Below the pieces are notes generated by a model. The model was not told the origin of the DNA. It made no database searches and was given only the letters and a program-made list of their open reading frames with translations. A stretch of 64,000 bases of DNA. Source: Candidatus Izemoplasmatales bacterium (lineage in GTDB: Bacteria > Bacillota_I > Bacilli_A > Izemoplasmatales > Hujiaoplasmataceae). Every line of letters starts with the position of its first letter. Position 1 is the stretch's first letter. The DNA is taken from NCBI GenBank assembly GCA_050949045.1, contig JBMNEZ010000001.1, positions 448,001-512,000 of the forward strand. Direction: 5' to 3'. This document shows, piece after piece, positions 31,394-42,060 of this stretch. The position numbers and the translations under genes are program-made.

Positions 31394-33211
31394 ATGGGTA
31401 TGATCAGCCAGAAGACGATCGACGAGATCAAAAACGCGGCTGATATCCTCGACGTTGTCGGCGAGTTCGTCGCCATACAACCGGCAGGGAAGAACCACAA
31501 GGGGCTTTGTCCCTTCCATAATGAGAAAACACCGTCTTTTTTCGTTTCAAAGGAGCGCAACTGGTTCCATTGTTTCGGCTGCGGTGAAAAAGGCGACTCG
31601 ATCACCTTCATCATGAAGTATAAGAACATGTCCTATGTCGAAAGCCTCAAATACCTCGCCGAGAAATACAACATCAGGATCGAATCCGACGACAGCGATG
31701 TGTCGAAGCCGAACGCCGACAGGTATTATCGGATCAATGAGGAAGCAACCCAATTTTTCGGGCTTCATCTCACGAATCTCGAAAAGGGCAAGCCGGCACT
31801 AGACTATCTGAAAAAACGCGGTCTCGATATCCATACGATCCAGTATTTTGAAATCGGCTACGCCCCCAAGGAAGCGGATCAACTATATACCTATCTCAAG
31901 ACCAAGTACGAAGAGATCGATATGCTCACGATCGGTCTGATCAAGAAATCCAAGCAAGGTTATTACGACCTCTTCCGCGACCGCATCATCTTTCCAATCA
32001 GGAACGAACTCGGTAAAGTCGTCGGTTTCAGCGGCCGGGTCTACCAAGACTTGCCAGATGAACCAAAATATGTCAATTCGCCGTATACGGACATTTTCAC
32101 AAAAGGTGAGATCCTCTACAACCTTGACAAGGCCCAGCAGTTTATCAGAAAGGAAAAGCGAATCGTCCTTTACGAGGGCTTCATGGATGTGATTGCTTCA
32201 GTCAAAGCCGGTGTCAAGGAAGCTGTCTGTTCGATGGGAACCCAACTGACCTTGAAACAGGCACGACTAATCAAAAAATATACCGAAAAGGTCATTATCT
32301 GCTTCGACGGAGACAAAGCCGGCATCGAAGCGACTGCCAAGGCCGCGGGCGTTTTGGAGGAGGCCGGTCTCGAAATCGGGATCGTCACCCTGCCCGAGGG
32401 CCTCGACCCCGACGAATACGTCAAGAAGTATTCGCAAAAAGCTTTTCATGAATACCTTGAACGGAAAAAAACGGATGTCTATGATTTCCGCTACCGACAT
32501 CTGGTCGGCCAGGTCGACCTCGATAAGCCGGCCGCCGTGGAACGTCTCAAGATAAGAATCTTCGATTATGTGATCGGCACCAATTCAGGGACGCTGACCG
32601 AACTTTTCCTGACGAGGCTCGCCAAAGACTGCAAGGTAACCTACGACTCTTTGAGGGAAGACTACAACAACTACCTGATGACGCTCGCAATCCGCAAAAG
32701 CCAGAAAGAAAGGCAGAGCGTCAAGACTTCTATCCCGGTCATCAACGGTTTCAAAGCCGCCGAAAACATCTTGATCAACTACTATCTTGCCTCCCCAGAA
32801 TACCGCTCCCGCATCAACAATCAACTACCTAACGGAATCTGGCAAGACGCACTCAATCTTCAGATCGCTAGCGAAATCCGAGCGATCGACGCCGTAAATC
32901 CCAACCAGGTCACAAAAGACAATATTCTCGGCAAGATCAGCTCCTCGTACAAGGAAAAAGTCGACAAACGGCTCTACGACTTCGATTATGATTATTCTGA
33001 CTTGGAATTCAGACACTGCCTGACCATGGTCAAAATCCGCGAACTCGACGATAAATTGAATGCTATCAAGCAGGAAATTGACCGACTCGATCCGGATTCC
33101 AAAGATGCTCACAACCGGCTCAATTTGAGAAAAACCGAGATTCAAAGAGCGAAAAACGTGTTAAAAGAAGGTTTGAAAGGAAAACCAAATGGACAAAAAA
33201 GACATTATTAA
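31394..33211 (+). CDS. dnaG: DNA primase
   Basis: [17 protein letters not shown] zinc finger, [24 protein letters not shown]. Confidence 0.97.
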   Translation: MGMISQKTIDEIKNAADILDVVGEFVAIQPAGKNHKGLCPFHNEKTPSFFVSKERNWFHCFGCGEKGDSITFIMKYKNMSYVESLKYLAEKYNIRIESDDSDVSKPNADRYYRINEEATQFFGLHLTNLEKGKPALDYLKKRGLDIHTIQYFEIGYAPKEADQLYTYLKTKYEEIDMLTIGLIKKSKQGYYDLFRDRIIFPIRNELGKVVGFSGRVYQDLPDEPKYVNSPYTDIFTKGEILYNLDKAQQFIRKEKRIVLYEGFMDVIASVKAGVKEAVCSMGTQLTLKQARLIKKYTEKVIICFDGDKAGIEATAKAAGVLEEAGLEIGIVTLPEGLDPDEYVKKYSQKAFHEYLERKKTDVYDFRYRHLVGQVDLDKPAAVERLKIRIFDYVIGTNSGTLTELFLTRLAKDCKVTYDSLREDYNNYLMTLAIRKSQKERQSVKTSIPVINGFKAAENILINYYLASPEYRSRINNQLPNGIWQDALNLQIASEIRAIDAVNPNQVTKDNILGKISSSYKEKVDKRLYDFDYDYSDLEFRHCLTMVKIRELDDKLNAIKQEIDRLDPDSKDAHNRLNLRKTEIQRAKNVLKEGLKGKPNGQKRHY

Positions 33212-34502
33212 CAAACTTGAGTCACTCTATAAAGAACAAGGCTTCATCTTGATTGACGACGTCAAAAAACTAGTGAAAGAAAACACGACCCAGTTCGACG
33301 AAATTCTCAGGGAACTCGAACGTGACTTGATTATTCCCGTTGAGAATGCCGATCTCGCCGAACTCGAATATGAAGAATACTTGCCGGAAGACGACCAGGA
33401 AGATGAGGAGGCCAAAGAAGACGAGGCCGAAGCCGATGAAGATGATTTCGTCGATCTTGACCAACTCTCCGACGAGGACATCACCGAAGAGGAACTCGTC
33501 GATTTTGACTATTCCAAGGAGATCGAAGAGGAGTTGATGCTCGAAAAGCAGTTCGATTCCAATGTTTCGATCAAAGTCGACGACCCCGTCCGGATGTATC
33601 TTAAGGAAATCGGTCGCGTCGAACTTTTAAGTAGCGATGAGGAATATGAACTCGCCACCCTGATCAGCCGAGCTAGAAAAGCCCGCGAGATCTATGACCA
33701 GAGGATTCTGGACAATGAACCGATCACCGCCGAGGAGCTTGCCGAATTCGAGGAATTGTTCAAACGCGGTGAATTTTCCGAGAAGAAACTCGTCGAGGCA
33801 AACCTGCGCCTCGTCGTTTCGATTGCGAAGCGCTATGTCGGCAGGGGCATGCAGTTTCTCGATCTGATCCAGGAAGGCAATATGGGTTTGATGAAGGCCG
33901 TCTACAAGTTCGACCACACCAAAGGCTTCAAGTTCTCCACCTACGCTACTTGGTGGATCCGTCAGGCCATTACCAGAGCGATCGCTGATCAGGCCAGGAC
34001 CATCAGGATCCCGGTTCATATGGTCGAGACCATAAACAAGCTTGTCAGGACCCAAAGAACGCTGACGCAGAAACTGAAACGGGAACCGCATCCGGACGAA
34101 GTAGCCGCCGAGATGAAGATCTCGGTCGAAAAAGTCCAAATCATCCAGAAGGTTGCCCAAGAACCGATTTCCCTCGAGTCTCCCGTCGGTGAGGAAGAGG
34201 ATTCCTCTTTAGGAGACTTCATCCCTGATCCCGACACACTCACTCCTTATGAATATACTTCGAAGGAAATGCTCAAACGCGAACTGGACTCCGTCCTTGA
34301 AACCCTGACAGACAGAGAGGAGAAAGTCCTCAGGATGCGCTTCGGTCTTCTCGACGGACGGACACGCACCCTCGAGGAAGTCGGAAAGGAATTTGGCGTC
34401 ACGCGAGAGAGAATCAGGCAGATCGAAGCCAAAGCCCTCCGTAAACTCCGCCATCCCTCGAGAAGCAAGAAACTCAAGGATTTTACGAACGGAAGACAAT
34501 GA
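33189..34502 (+). CDS. rpoD: Primary sigma factor
   Basis: [63 protein letters not shown]. Confidence 0.98.
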   Translation: MDKKDIINKLESLYKEQGFILIDDVKKLVKENTTQFDEILRELERDLIIPVENADLAELEYEEYLPEDDQEDEEAKEDEAEADEDDFVDLDQLSDEDITEEELVDFDYSKEIEEELMLEKQFDSNVSIKVDDPVRMYLKEIGRVELLSSDEEYELATLISRARKAREIYDQRILDNEPITAEELAEFEELFKRGEFSEKKLVEANLRLVVSIAKRYVGRGMQFLDLIQEGNMGLMKAVYKFDHTKGFKFSTYATWWIRQAITRAIADQARTIRIPVHMVETINKLVRTQRTLTQKLKREPHPDEVAAEMKISVEKVQIIQKVAQEPISLESPVGEEEDSSLGDFIPDPDTLTPYEYTSKEMLKRELDSVLETLTDREEKVLRMRFGLLDGRTRTLEEVGKEFGVTRERIRQIEAKALRKLRHPSRSKKLKDFTNGRQ

Positions 34503-35152
34503 TCAAACTCAGTCCGAGACTCGAGGCCGCCCTCGGATATCTTCCGGGATTCTCGGTTTTGATCGATATTGGAACCGATCACGCCAAATTGCCCATCGTA
34601 GCTGTTTCCCGTGGCTATGTCGAAAGAGCGGTCGCCGTTGACAATAAGACCGCTCCGCTTCGAAACGCCCAGAAGAATATCGATGCCTGTGGCCTCGGGG
34701 AGAAAATCAAAACGATCCTCGCGGAAGGTTTTCCCCTAGGCGAATACTTTGATGTCGCAACCATCCTCGGGCTTGGCGGCCTCACGATCAAAACCATTTT
34801 GGAGAAAGCTGACCTGAGTTTGGCAAAGCGGCTGGTCCTCGCCCCCCATTCGGACGCTTACAGCGTCAGGAACTGGCTGATGGCGAACCGTTATCGAATT
34901 GTCGACGAGACCTTTTTGATCGATCGCCGGAAGAACTACCAGATCATCGTCGCCGAGAGCGGCGAGATGGACCTTGACGAATTGGAGTTGGAGTTTGGTC
35001 CGGTGATCACGAAGAAAAAAGAACCGGCTTTCAAACATCATCTTGAAAAACTCATCCTTATCTATGATAAAGCCAAGACTGAGGCGACCGATCCAATGAA
35101 ACGCGAGGCGCTCGAAAAGCGTGTCGCCGTCTTGAAAGGAATGATTATATGA
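34499..35152 (+). CDS. trmK: tRNA m1A22 methyltransferase TrmK
   Basis: [27 protein letters not shown]; located after rpoD. Confidence 0.9.
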   Translation: MIKLSPRLEAALGYLPGFSVLIDIGTDHAKLPIVAVSRGYVERAVAVDNKTAPLRNAQKNIDACGLGEKIKTILAEGFPLGEYFDVATILGLGGLTIKTILEKADLSLAKRLVLAPHSDAYSVRNWLMANRYRIVDETFLIDRRKNYQIIVAESGEMDLDELELEFGPVITKKKEPAFKHHLEKLILIYDKAKTEATDPMKREALEKRVAVLKGMII

Positions 35153-35913
35153 ATCGCATTGAAGTCACCAAATACCTTGAGACGCTCTATCCCCGCGATC
35201 TCGCCTACGAATGGGACAATGTCGGACTCCAGATCGGAACCTTGAACAAACCCTTGAAACGACTGATGGTCACCCTTGATGTGACCAAGGAGGTCGTCAG
35301 GGAAGCCATCGAGCGTAAGGCCGATCTTCTGATCAGCCATCATCCGCTGATCTTTCAGCCACTTTCAAGCATTGCATTCGAGACTCCCCGTGGCAACATG
35401 ATCCAAAAATTGATTAAGCACGACATCGCTCTTTATTCAATGCATACCAACTATGACCTGGCTGACGGTGGCATGAACGACAATCTGGCCAAACTGCTGG
35501 AAATAAGAAATCCAAAACTGCTTGATCAAGAGGCGGGAATCGGCCGCTACGGCGACATCGATCCTAAGCCTTTGCCTGAGTTCATTGAGTATGTGAAGGC
35601 AAAACTGAAACTTGACAGCCTGAGGGTTGTTGGTGACGGGAATCGGCTTGTGAAAGTTGTCGGCATTTCCGGAGGGAGCGGCCAGCAACATATGTATCAA
35701 GCCAAAAAAAGAGGTTGCGATGTTTTTTTGACCGGCGACATCTCCTATCACAGCGCGCTCGATGCCCGCGAAATGGGCTTTACTTTGATAGACATCTCCC
35801 ACCATGCGGAAGTCTGGTTCAAAATCTTTATCAGCGAACTCCTGAGGGAAAGATTCCCCGATATCGAGATTTTCGTCTCCGAGGTCGATACCAATCCCTA
35901 TCAAAACTACTGA
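35149..35913 (+). CDS. Nif3-like dinuclear metal centre protein
   Basis: EWDNVGLQIG, SHHPLIF, MHTNYD, GGSG, TGDISYH, DISHHAE. Confidence 0.93.
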   Translation: MNRIEVTKYLETLYPRDLAYEWDNVGLQIGTLNKPLKRLMVTLDVTKEVVREAIERKADLLISHHPLIFQPLSSIAFETPRGNMIQKLIKHDIALYSMHTNYDLADGGMNDNLAKLLEIRNPKLLDQEAGIGRYGDIDPKPLPEFIEYVKAKLKLDSLRVVGDGNRLVKVVGISGGSGQQHMYQAKKRGCDVFLTGDISYHSALDAREMGFTLIDISHHAEVWFKIFISELLRERFPDIEIFVSEVDTNPYQNY

Positions 35914-36140
35914 GATGCTTTTGGGAAACATCTTTTCTTCTTTGCATTTCGTCTGTCTGTGGGAGCACACTTTGTTTCAGAAAGACTATGTCATGCGTAT
36001 GGAAGACGGAGTCCTGATCAAGATTGCGCCGCGTCACCGATTGCTTCAAGGGCTATCCAGCCGCTGAATATATAAACAAATCCTGTGTTTGGCGACTTGG
36101 CTTTATAAAAAAAACAGCGCTGTGCGCTGCTTTGAGAAAC

Positions 36141-36308
36141 TTATTCGACGATGATACAGTTGGCCGGACAGTTGATTTCACAAACACCGCAGTCGATGCA
36201 CTGTTCAGGGTCGATCACGTAGATATCACCGGCGGTAATGCAGTCGACCGGGCAACTTTCTTTACAAGTGCCGCAGGCGATACAAGTATCCAGAATTTTT
36301 CTTGGCAC
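36141..36308 (-). CDS. 2[4Fe-4S] ferredoxin (clostridial type)
   Basis: CIACGTCKESCP...CIDCGVCEINCP; GGAGG RBS before GTG 36308 (alternative ATG at 36314). Confidence 0.93.
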   Translation of the reverse strand: MPRKILDTCIACGTCKESCPVDCITAGDIYVIDPEQCIDCGVCEINCPANCIIVE

Positions 36309-36485
36309 AATCATCCCTCCCTCAATCTTTGTGTTCGATACTATTTTAACAAGCAAACCCTGCTTTGTAAAGATTTTATCGGATAAAGAATCAAATGTTA
36401 TTTTTTTGTTCCTGCGAATGGTTTTCCGCTTGTCAGCGTTAGGTGGCTTATGATACAATGATAAAGACAAAAAGGAGTGGTGACA

Positions 36486-36701
36486 ATGCCCTTATGGTTA
36501 CAGATTGTTTTGCCGATCGTCACGCTTTTAGCAGGATTGATCCTTGGATTCTTCCTGGCAAAGCGCTTTTTCAAAAACTATCTTGACAAGAATCCCCCGA
36601 TCAACGAGCAGATGGTGCGGGCGATGATGTCGCAGATGGGCCGGACCCCTTCGGAAAAACAAGTCCGACAAGTGATGGCCTCGATTAAACAAAACAAATA
36701 A
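36486..36701 (+). CDS. YneF/UPF0154 family protein
   Basis: TM helix followed by KNPPINEQMVRAMMSQMGRTPSEKQVRQVM. Confidence 0.92.
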   Translation: MPLWLQIVLPIVTLLAGLILGFFLAKRFFKNYLDKNPPINEQMVRAMMSQMGRTPSEKQVRQVMASIKQNK

Positions 36702-36707
36702 TCTGAC

Positions 36708-36740
36708 AAAGGGCCGCTCGATTGAGCGGCCCTTGTTTTT
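36708..36740 (+). terminator. Terminator after the YneF-family gene
   Basis: AAGGGCCGCTC-gatt-GAGCGGCCCTT followed by GTTTT. Confidence 0.8.
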
Positions 36741-36942
36741 GAAAGATATTATTGGTAATCCTAATATCATAAAGAAACAGGAACTTGATTTCGGGGCGTT
36801 ATCGATCAGCGTTTATGAAGAACTCGGAGAATTGTATGCGTATTAGGCCGATACTTGGCTGAAATCAACACTTTTTTGCCAAATTGATGGATTTTTTTCT
36901 AGGATTAGTGTATATTAGATATCGATATCAAGGGATTATTTT

Positions 36943-37016
36943 GCAGGTGTAGTTTAATGGTAAAACCGTTGCTTCCCAAGCAACTGTTGGGGGTTCGATT
37001 CCCCTCGCTTGCTCCA
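36943..37016 (+). tRNA. tRNA-Gly (anticodon CCC)
   Basis: Cloverleaf with acceptor GCAGGTG/CGCTTGC, anticodon arm GTTGC-TTCCCAA-GCAAC, T arm GGGGG-TTCGATT-CCCCT, U73 and encoded CCA. Confidence 0.95.
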
Positions 37017-37270
37017 GCAACAGAAGTTGAACTTTATGGAGTTAAATATATGAAGACATCTTTGTAAAGGTGTCTTTTCTTTTTGACAATTGATTTTATT
37101 AATAATACTTATTGTATATTTGTAACAGCTGTTATTGTTTATCTGGTATATTTTGATGGTAAAATTATTTAAAATTCAACTATCAAGAAATTCTTGACAG
37201 TTTAAATTAAAGATAAAAAAGAGTAAAACAACACACAAAACTCTATTATAAAATAGAGGTGATCTATCTT

Positions 37271-38677
37271 ATGTCAACTGAAATCTATGTTGGTGAAACC
37301 AACTTATATGACAAAAAAGAAAAACTTGAAAGAAATAAAGTTAAATCTTGGTTAAAGAGTGTTTCTGCTTTTTCTAATAGTAATGGTGGGAAGATACTAT
37401 TTGGTGTAACTGAAGATAATGAGATTAAAGGTTTAGATAATTTTAAGAAAGATTCTGAATTTATTAGTGAAACAATAAAATCGAGAATAGATCCTATCCC
37501 TGAGTTTGATATGGAGATAAAAGAATTTAATGAAGGAACAATAATAATTTTATCAATTTTTGAAGGTAGAAATACACCTTATTATTTTATCGAAAGTGGT
37601 TCTAGAACAGCTTATAAAAGAGTAGGAAATCAAAGTGTAACTGCTACAAGTGTAGATTTATTAAATCTTACACTAAAAGGCCAAAAACAAACTTATGATT
37701 CTTTGTTATCTGATAAACATATTGATAATGTGACATTTAAAGAATTAAGAATAGAATACAATAATAGAAGTGGCTCAAATTTCGAGGAAAAGGATTTAAA
37801 TTCTTTTGGATTAGTTAATGAAAATGGAGTTTTAACTATTGCTGGAGCATTATTTGCTGATGGTTATCAAGTATATCAATCAAGAGTTTTTTGTACAAGG
37901 TGGAACGGACTTACTAAAACACATGGTTTATTGGAAGCTTTAGATGATCAAGAATATGAAGGAAATTTATTATATTTGTTAAAAGCTTCTTTAGATTTTG
38001 TGAAAAGAAATAATAGGAAGATGTGGAAGAAAGGTCCAGTATATAGAGTTGAATATCCAGACTATCCAGAAAGAGCGGTTCAAGAAGCAATAGTAAATGC
38101 ATTAGTACATAGAGACTATACTATTATAGGCAGTGAAGTTCATATCGATATATATGATGATAGAATAGAAATAGTATCTCCCGGTGGAATGTATGATGGA
38201 ACATTCATTCAAGATAGAGATATATTTAATATTTCATCTGTAAGAAGAAATCCGGTTATCGCTGATTTATTCGCAAGAATGAATTTAATGGAAAGAAGAG
38301 GTTCAGGGTTAAAGAAGATTGTAGAGGCTTATGAATTTGAGGAAAAATACAATGAAGAACTAATACCTGAATTTAGATCAACTGAATCAGCTTTCTTTAC
38401 AGTTTTGAAGAATTTAAATTACGAGGGGATAAATGTCGGTCAAAATGTCGGTGAAAGTGTCGGTCAAAATGTCGGTCAAAAATTGTCGCCGAAACAACGC
38501 CGTAAAAATATAATAGAATTAATCAAGGAAGAGCCAACAATTACAGCTAAAAATATATCTGATATCTTTAACTTAAACCAAAGAACTATAGAAAGAGATT
38601 TGGCTAAGTTAACTGAAGATGGTTATATTAAATATGAGGGTAGTTCTAAAGATGGTAAATGGGTTGTTTTAAAGTGA
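37271..38677 (+). CDS. AlbA_2/Schlafen-like + HATPase_c_4 (RecG C-like) + HTH protein
   Basis: GETNLYDKKE, SAFSNSNGGKILFGV, YPERAVQEAIVNALVHRDY, SPGG, RRNPVIADLF, ERRGSG, C-terminal HTH. Confidence 0.88.
   Translation: MSTEIYVGETNLYDKKEKLERNKVKSWLKSVSAFSNSNGGKILFGVTEDNEIKGLDNFKKDSEFISETIKSRIDPIPEFDMEIKEFNEGTIIILSIFEGRNTPYYFIESGSRTAYKRVGNQSVTATSVDLLNLTLKGQKQTYDSLLSDKHIDNVTFKELRIEYNNRSGSNFEEKDLNSFGLVNENGVLTIAGALFADGYQVYQSRVFCTRWNGLTKTHGLLEALDDQEYEGNLLYLLKASLDFVKRNNRKMWKKGPVYRVEYPDYPERAVQEAIVNALVHRDYTIIGSEVHIDIYDDRIEIVSPGGMYDGTFIQDRDIFNISSVRRNPVIADLFARMNLMERRGSGLKKIVEAYEFEEKYNEELIPEFRSTESAFFTVLKNLNYEGINVGQNVGESVGQNVGQKLSPKQRRKNIIELIKEEPTITAKNISDIFNLNQRTIERDLAKLTEDGYIKYEGSSKDGKWVVLK
38432..38479 (+). 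repeat. Intragenic 12-bp tandem repeat x4 (NVGQ-NVGE-SVGQ-NVGQ)
   Basis: AATGTCGGTCAA AATGTCGGTGAA AGTGTCGGTCAA AATGTCGGTCAA. Confidence 0.9.
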
Positions 38678-38741
38678 AAAGTAATTCAAACAAACATTGA
38701 ACTACTCACCTAGGGATGAACTTAAAAAAGGAAAACAGGTA

Positions 38742-38939
38742 TCTCAAAAGTGCTAGATTTTACCTTGTTTTCCCACAGAAGTATCATTTATAGTAGTTTT
38801 GTGAATATGCCTTTGGTTGTATTAACTTTCCCTATAAAGCATATAAGAAGTACTCTGTTTTCCCCTTGGTGGATTTTTATAGTAATTATCGTTTTAAAAT
38901 CTTTTAAAACGGCTCCTTTAAACAATATATTGGCTTCCA
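38742..38939 (+). repeat. About 190-bp non-coding direct repeat, copy 1
   Basis: Aligns by eye with 41588-41774, sharing TATAGTAGTTTTGTGAATATGCC, TGGATTTTTATAGTA and TCTTTTAAAACGGCTCCTTTAA; ends in GGCTTCCA. Confidence 0.9.
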
Positions 38940-39053
38940 AAACAGTATTTAACTGCTATAATGTGTAAACTGAGATTTTAATTTTATTTAAGGCATTGTA
39001 GTGATAATAGATAATTATATATTTTTAGGCGCCCAACAAAAGCGCCTTTTTAT

Positions 39054-39122
39054 TATAATATTATCGGCAAATACAACAAAAAGATAATTATTTAATATTG
39101 TAACATTGCCGATAATATTATA
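39054..39122. promoter_or_regulatory. 17-bp perfect inverted repeat upstream of the HTH-Fic gene (probable autoregulatory operator)
   Basis: TATAATATTATCGGCAA (39054-39070) ... TTGCCGATAATATTATA (39106-39122). Confidence 0.65.
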
Positions 39123-39150
39123 TAATGAAAATATAGGAGAATTGAAAAAT

Positions 39151-40044
39151 ATGAAATATTTAAGTGTATCAGATATTGCAAAAAAATGGGGTTTATCAGA
39201 AAGAAGCGTAAGAAATTATTGTAATCAGGGAAGAGTACCAGGGGCTATCCTTTCTGGTAAAACCTGGATGATCCCTAGTGATAGTATTAAGCCAGAGCGA
39301 AAAGGAAAGAAGATCACTAAAAAAACACTTTTAGATATTTTAAAAGAAGAAAAGAAATCTAAACTTAAAGGCGGGATTTATCATAAAATCCAAATTGAAC
39401 TTACATATAACTCCAATCATATCGAAGGTAGTCGTCTTACACACGATCAAACAAGATTCATTTATGAAACTAATACGCTGGGACTAGAAAAAGAAGTGAT
39501 AAATGTTGATGATATTTTAGAGACAGCTAATCATTTTAGATGTGTGGATCTAATTATTGATAGAGCTAACTATAAAATAACTGAAAGGTTAATAAAAGAG
39601 CTTCATATGATATTAAAAAATGGGACTACTGATAGTAGAAAAAGTTGGTTTTCTGTAGGTAATTATAAAAAATCACCAAATGAAGTTGGTGGTGAAGAGA
39701 CAACTAAGCCTGAAGATGTTCAAAAAGAAATTAAATTGTTGTTAGCTTGGTATAATGATAAAGAAGTTATATCATTTCATGATATTGTTGAGTTTCATCA
39801 TCGATTTGAAAGCATTCATCCATTTCAAGATGGAAACGGAAGAGTGGGAAGATTAATAATGTTTAAAGAATGCTTAAAACATAATATTGTTCCGTTTATT
39901 ATTGATGAAAATCTCAAACTGTTTTATTATAGAGGATTAAAAGAATGGAATAATGAAAAAGGTTATTTAATTGACACTTGTCTTGCAGCACAAGATAAGT
40001 TCAAAAAATATTTAGACTATTTTAGAATTGATTATGAAAAATAA
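39151..40044 (+). CDS. Fic-domain protein with N-terminal HTH
   Basis: MKYLSVSDIAKKWGLSERSVRNYC (HTH), inhibitory-type SNHIEGS, canonical Fic motif HPFQDGNGRVGR. Confidence 0.92.
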   Translation: MKYLSVSDIAKKWGLSERSVRNYCNQGRVPGAILSGKTWMIPSDSIKPERKGKKITKKTLLDILKEEKKSKLKGGIYHKIQIELTYNSNHIEGSRLTHDQTRFIYETNTLGLEKEVINVDDILETANHFRCVDLIIDRANYKITERLIKELHMILKNGTTDSRKSWFSVGNYKKSPNEVGGEETTKPEDVQKEIKLLLAWYNDKEVISFHDIVEFHHRFESIHPFQDGNGRVGRLIMFKECLKHNIVPFIIDENLKLFYYRGLKEWNNEKGYLIDTCLAAQDKFKKYLDYFRIDYEK

Positions 40045-40170
40045 ATAGCGCTTAATTTGTCCTTAAAATAGCCCAAAAGTATATATGAATGTCCTATTTT
40101 CTCTAAGACATCCAAATGTTAGTAGCTGTACACAGTTGGAAAGGAAAAAGCGATCCCTGTAAGGTAAAAC

Positions 40171-40386
40171 TTGACTGAAAACAAAACAATTATATTTACT
40201 ACACACAATCCTAATCATGCTCTTTATTTAGATGCAGACGTACTTGTTATTGATGATAGTGAAATAGTTTTAAATGGTAAAGCAAGAACTGAACTAACAA
40301 TCGAGAACTTACAAAAAGTTTATAGGGACACAATTGGTTTTAGTAAAAATCATTCATATGATGAATTTAGTATAAAAAGTGAATAA
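40171..40386 (+). pseudogene. C-terminal fragment of an ABC transporter ATPase
   Basis: KTIIFTTHNPNHALYL (H-loop) to LTIENLQKVY; no Walker A or B upstream. Confidence 0.75.
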
Positions 40387-41218
40387 ATATAAGTTAATTA
40401 TTGCGGATTATGGTAAGACTATGGTTCACACAGGAGAAGAAATAAGAATAGAAAATGTCAAAGCTATAAAGAAATATCAAGAAGCAGGTGGCTATTTTTC
40501 GATTGCTACCGGAAGAGAATGGTCATCAATTAGAAGAAAAATTGCCAGTTCTAAATTGTCGCAACTTGATGAAATGATGATAATTTGCTGTTATGGGTCA
40601 TTAATCACATTTAGCAAAACAAATAAAATCATTTATGAAGTTCCATTGAGTGAAAATCTAGTTATTGATTCTATTAATTATTTATCAGTATCAGAAAACA
40701 ACATTCCGTTTTCTTTAGTGAGCAAAGACAACACGTTAATAAAACATAATGTTGATGTTAGTTCATATAGATGGAAGCAATATAATAATAAAATTCTTTT
40801 TGATAATTGTGAATAGTTGATTAAATATGTTAAGGACTTAAAAATTAATATTTATAAAATCGATGTTTATTCACTAGAAAAAATAGAATTATTTAGTGTG
40901 TTTCTCGACAATAGATATCCTAATAAATGTAAGGCATATGTTAGCGATAAAAGATTTGCTGAGTTTGTAAGTATTGATGCAGGAAAAAATAATGCTTATG
41001 TTGCATTGAAAAATTACTATAAATTTGAAAATAGTCAAATAATAGTTGTTGGTGATGCTTTAAATGACCTTGGTCTATTTGAACATGCGACTAATAGAGT
41101 AGCTGTTAGTAATGCTATTAATGATATCCTAGAAGCAAGCACATATATTGTAGAAAACAAGGATTATTGTGGAATTTGTAGATTGATATATAAAATTCTA
41201 AAGGATGATGAAATATGA
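40379..41218 (+). pseudogene. Cof-type HAD hydrolase split by one in-frame TAG (40814-40816)
   Basis: N-half has IIADYGKT (degenerate motif I) and IATGR; C-half, in the same frame, has GK..A and VVGDALNDLGLF..AVSNA. Confidence 0.78.
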
Positions 41219-41547
41219 AAATTTATAATGATTTTTATGGAGAAATCCCAATTAAACAAATAGGGAAAGAATTAAGAGAAATTGTAAAAAAAGAAAACAA
41301 GTCATTTAAGGTTCTTACAGGTTATGGATCAACATCTGGAATTTCGCAATCAAAGAACGCTGTAATAAAATCGTTATCAAAGATGAAAAGAGAAGGACTT
41401 ATAAATGGATTTTTCCCTGGAGAAGTTAAACATATGTTGCTAACCACAACATCCCCATATTATGAGTCAAAATTAAAATATGAAAAAGAAGTTAAAAAAG
41501 ATAGTGATTATGGAAATGATGGAGTAGTATTTATTTTTGTTACATAA
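41215..41547 (+). CDS. Small Smr-domain-like protein
   Basis: FKVLTGYGSTSG and terminal GNDGVVFIFV resemble the Smr (I/V)(I/T)G.G and G..G...V motifs. Confidence 0.6.
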   Translation: MKIYNDFYGEIPIKQIGKELREIVKKENKSFKVLTGYGSTSGISQSKNAVIKSLSKMKREGLINGFFPGEVKHMLLTTTSPYYESKLKYEKEVKKDSDYGNDGVVFIFVT

Positions 41548-41587
41548 TAGAATTAAAATAAGTAACATTTGAATTTACCTTAAAATG

Positions 41588-41774
41588 TCTCAAAACTACT
41601 GCGTTTTACCTTAAAATTATCAATTATAGTAGTTTTGTGAATATGCCCTTGTGTGTGTCAACTTTCCTTATAAAGTATATAAGAAATACTCTATTTTCCT
41701 CTTGATGGATTTTTATAGTAGTTATCGTTTTATAGTCTTTTAAAACGGCTCCTTTAAGCGATAAAAAGGCTCCA
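41588..41774 (+). repeat. About 190-bp non-coding direct repeat, copy 2, followed by a copy of the post-tRNA-Gly sequence
   Basis: Aligns with 38742-38939 and ends in GGCTCCA; 41769-41838 resembles 37011-37080. Confidence 0.9.
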
Positions 41775-42060
41775 GTGATGGGAGTTGAATTCTCTTAAAT
41801 TAAATATTTGAAGGCATCTTTACCGAGATGCCTTTTTTAAAATTTTAAATGATTGTTTTAAAAAATTATTGGTTTTATGAATTTTGAAGATAAGATGATG
41901 AATATTGATAACTTAAAGATTAAACAAAAAATATTGAACAAAAGTCCAATTAATTGCAAAAAAGTTCAATAGAAATTGATTTTAAATTACAAATGTTATT
42001 ATAATATAATCTTTATTTCCTCCAAATAATGTGATATAATACAATTAACTGGAGGCAATT

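Noticed and set aside
35915..36067. 50-codon ORF after nif3 (MLLGNIFSS...DYVMRMEDGVLIKIA...)
   Set aside because: No RBS and only a faint resemblance to an ABC ATPase tail, which is insufficient support.
38789..38940. Stop-free minus-strand frame of about 50 codons in both copies of the 190-bp repeat, and the plus-strand ORF 38750-38968
   Set aside because: No start codon or RBS in copy 2, many non-synonymous differences between copies, and the plus frame is interrupted by stops in copy 2. Treated as non-coding.
40814..40816. Programmed TAG readthrough or pyrrolysine
   Set aside because: No pyl genes in the window, TAG is a normal stop elsewhere (rpsU, pfk), and the surrounding island is decaying.
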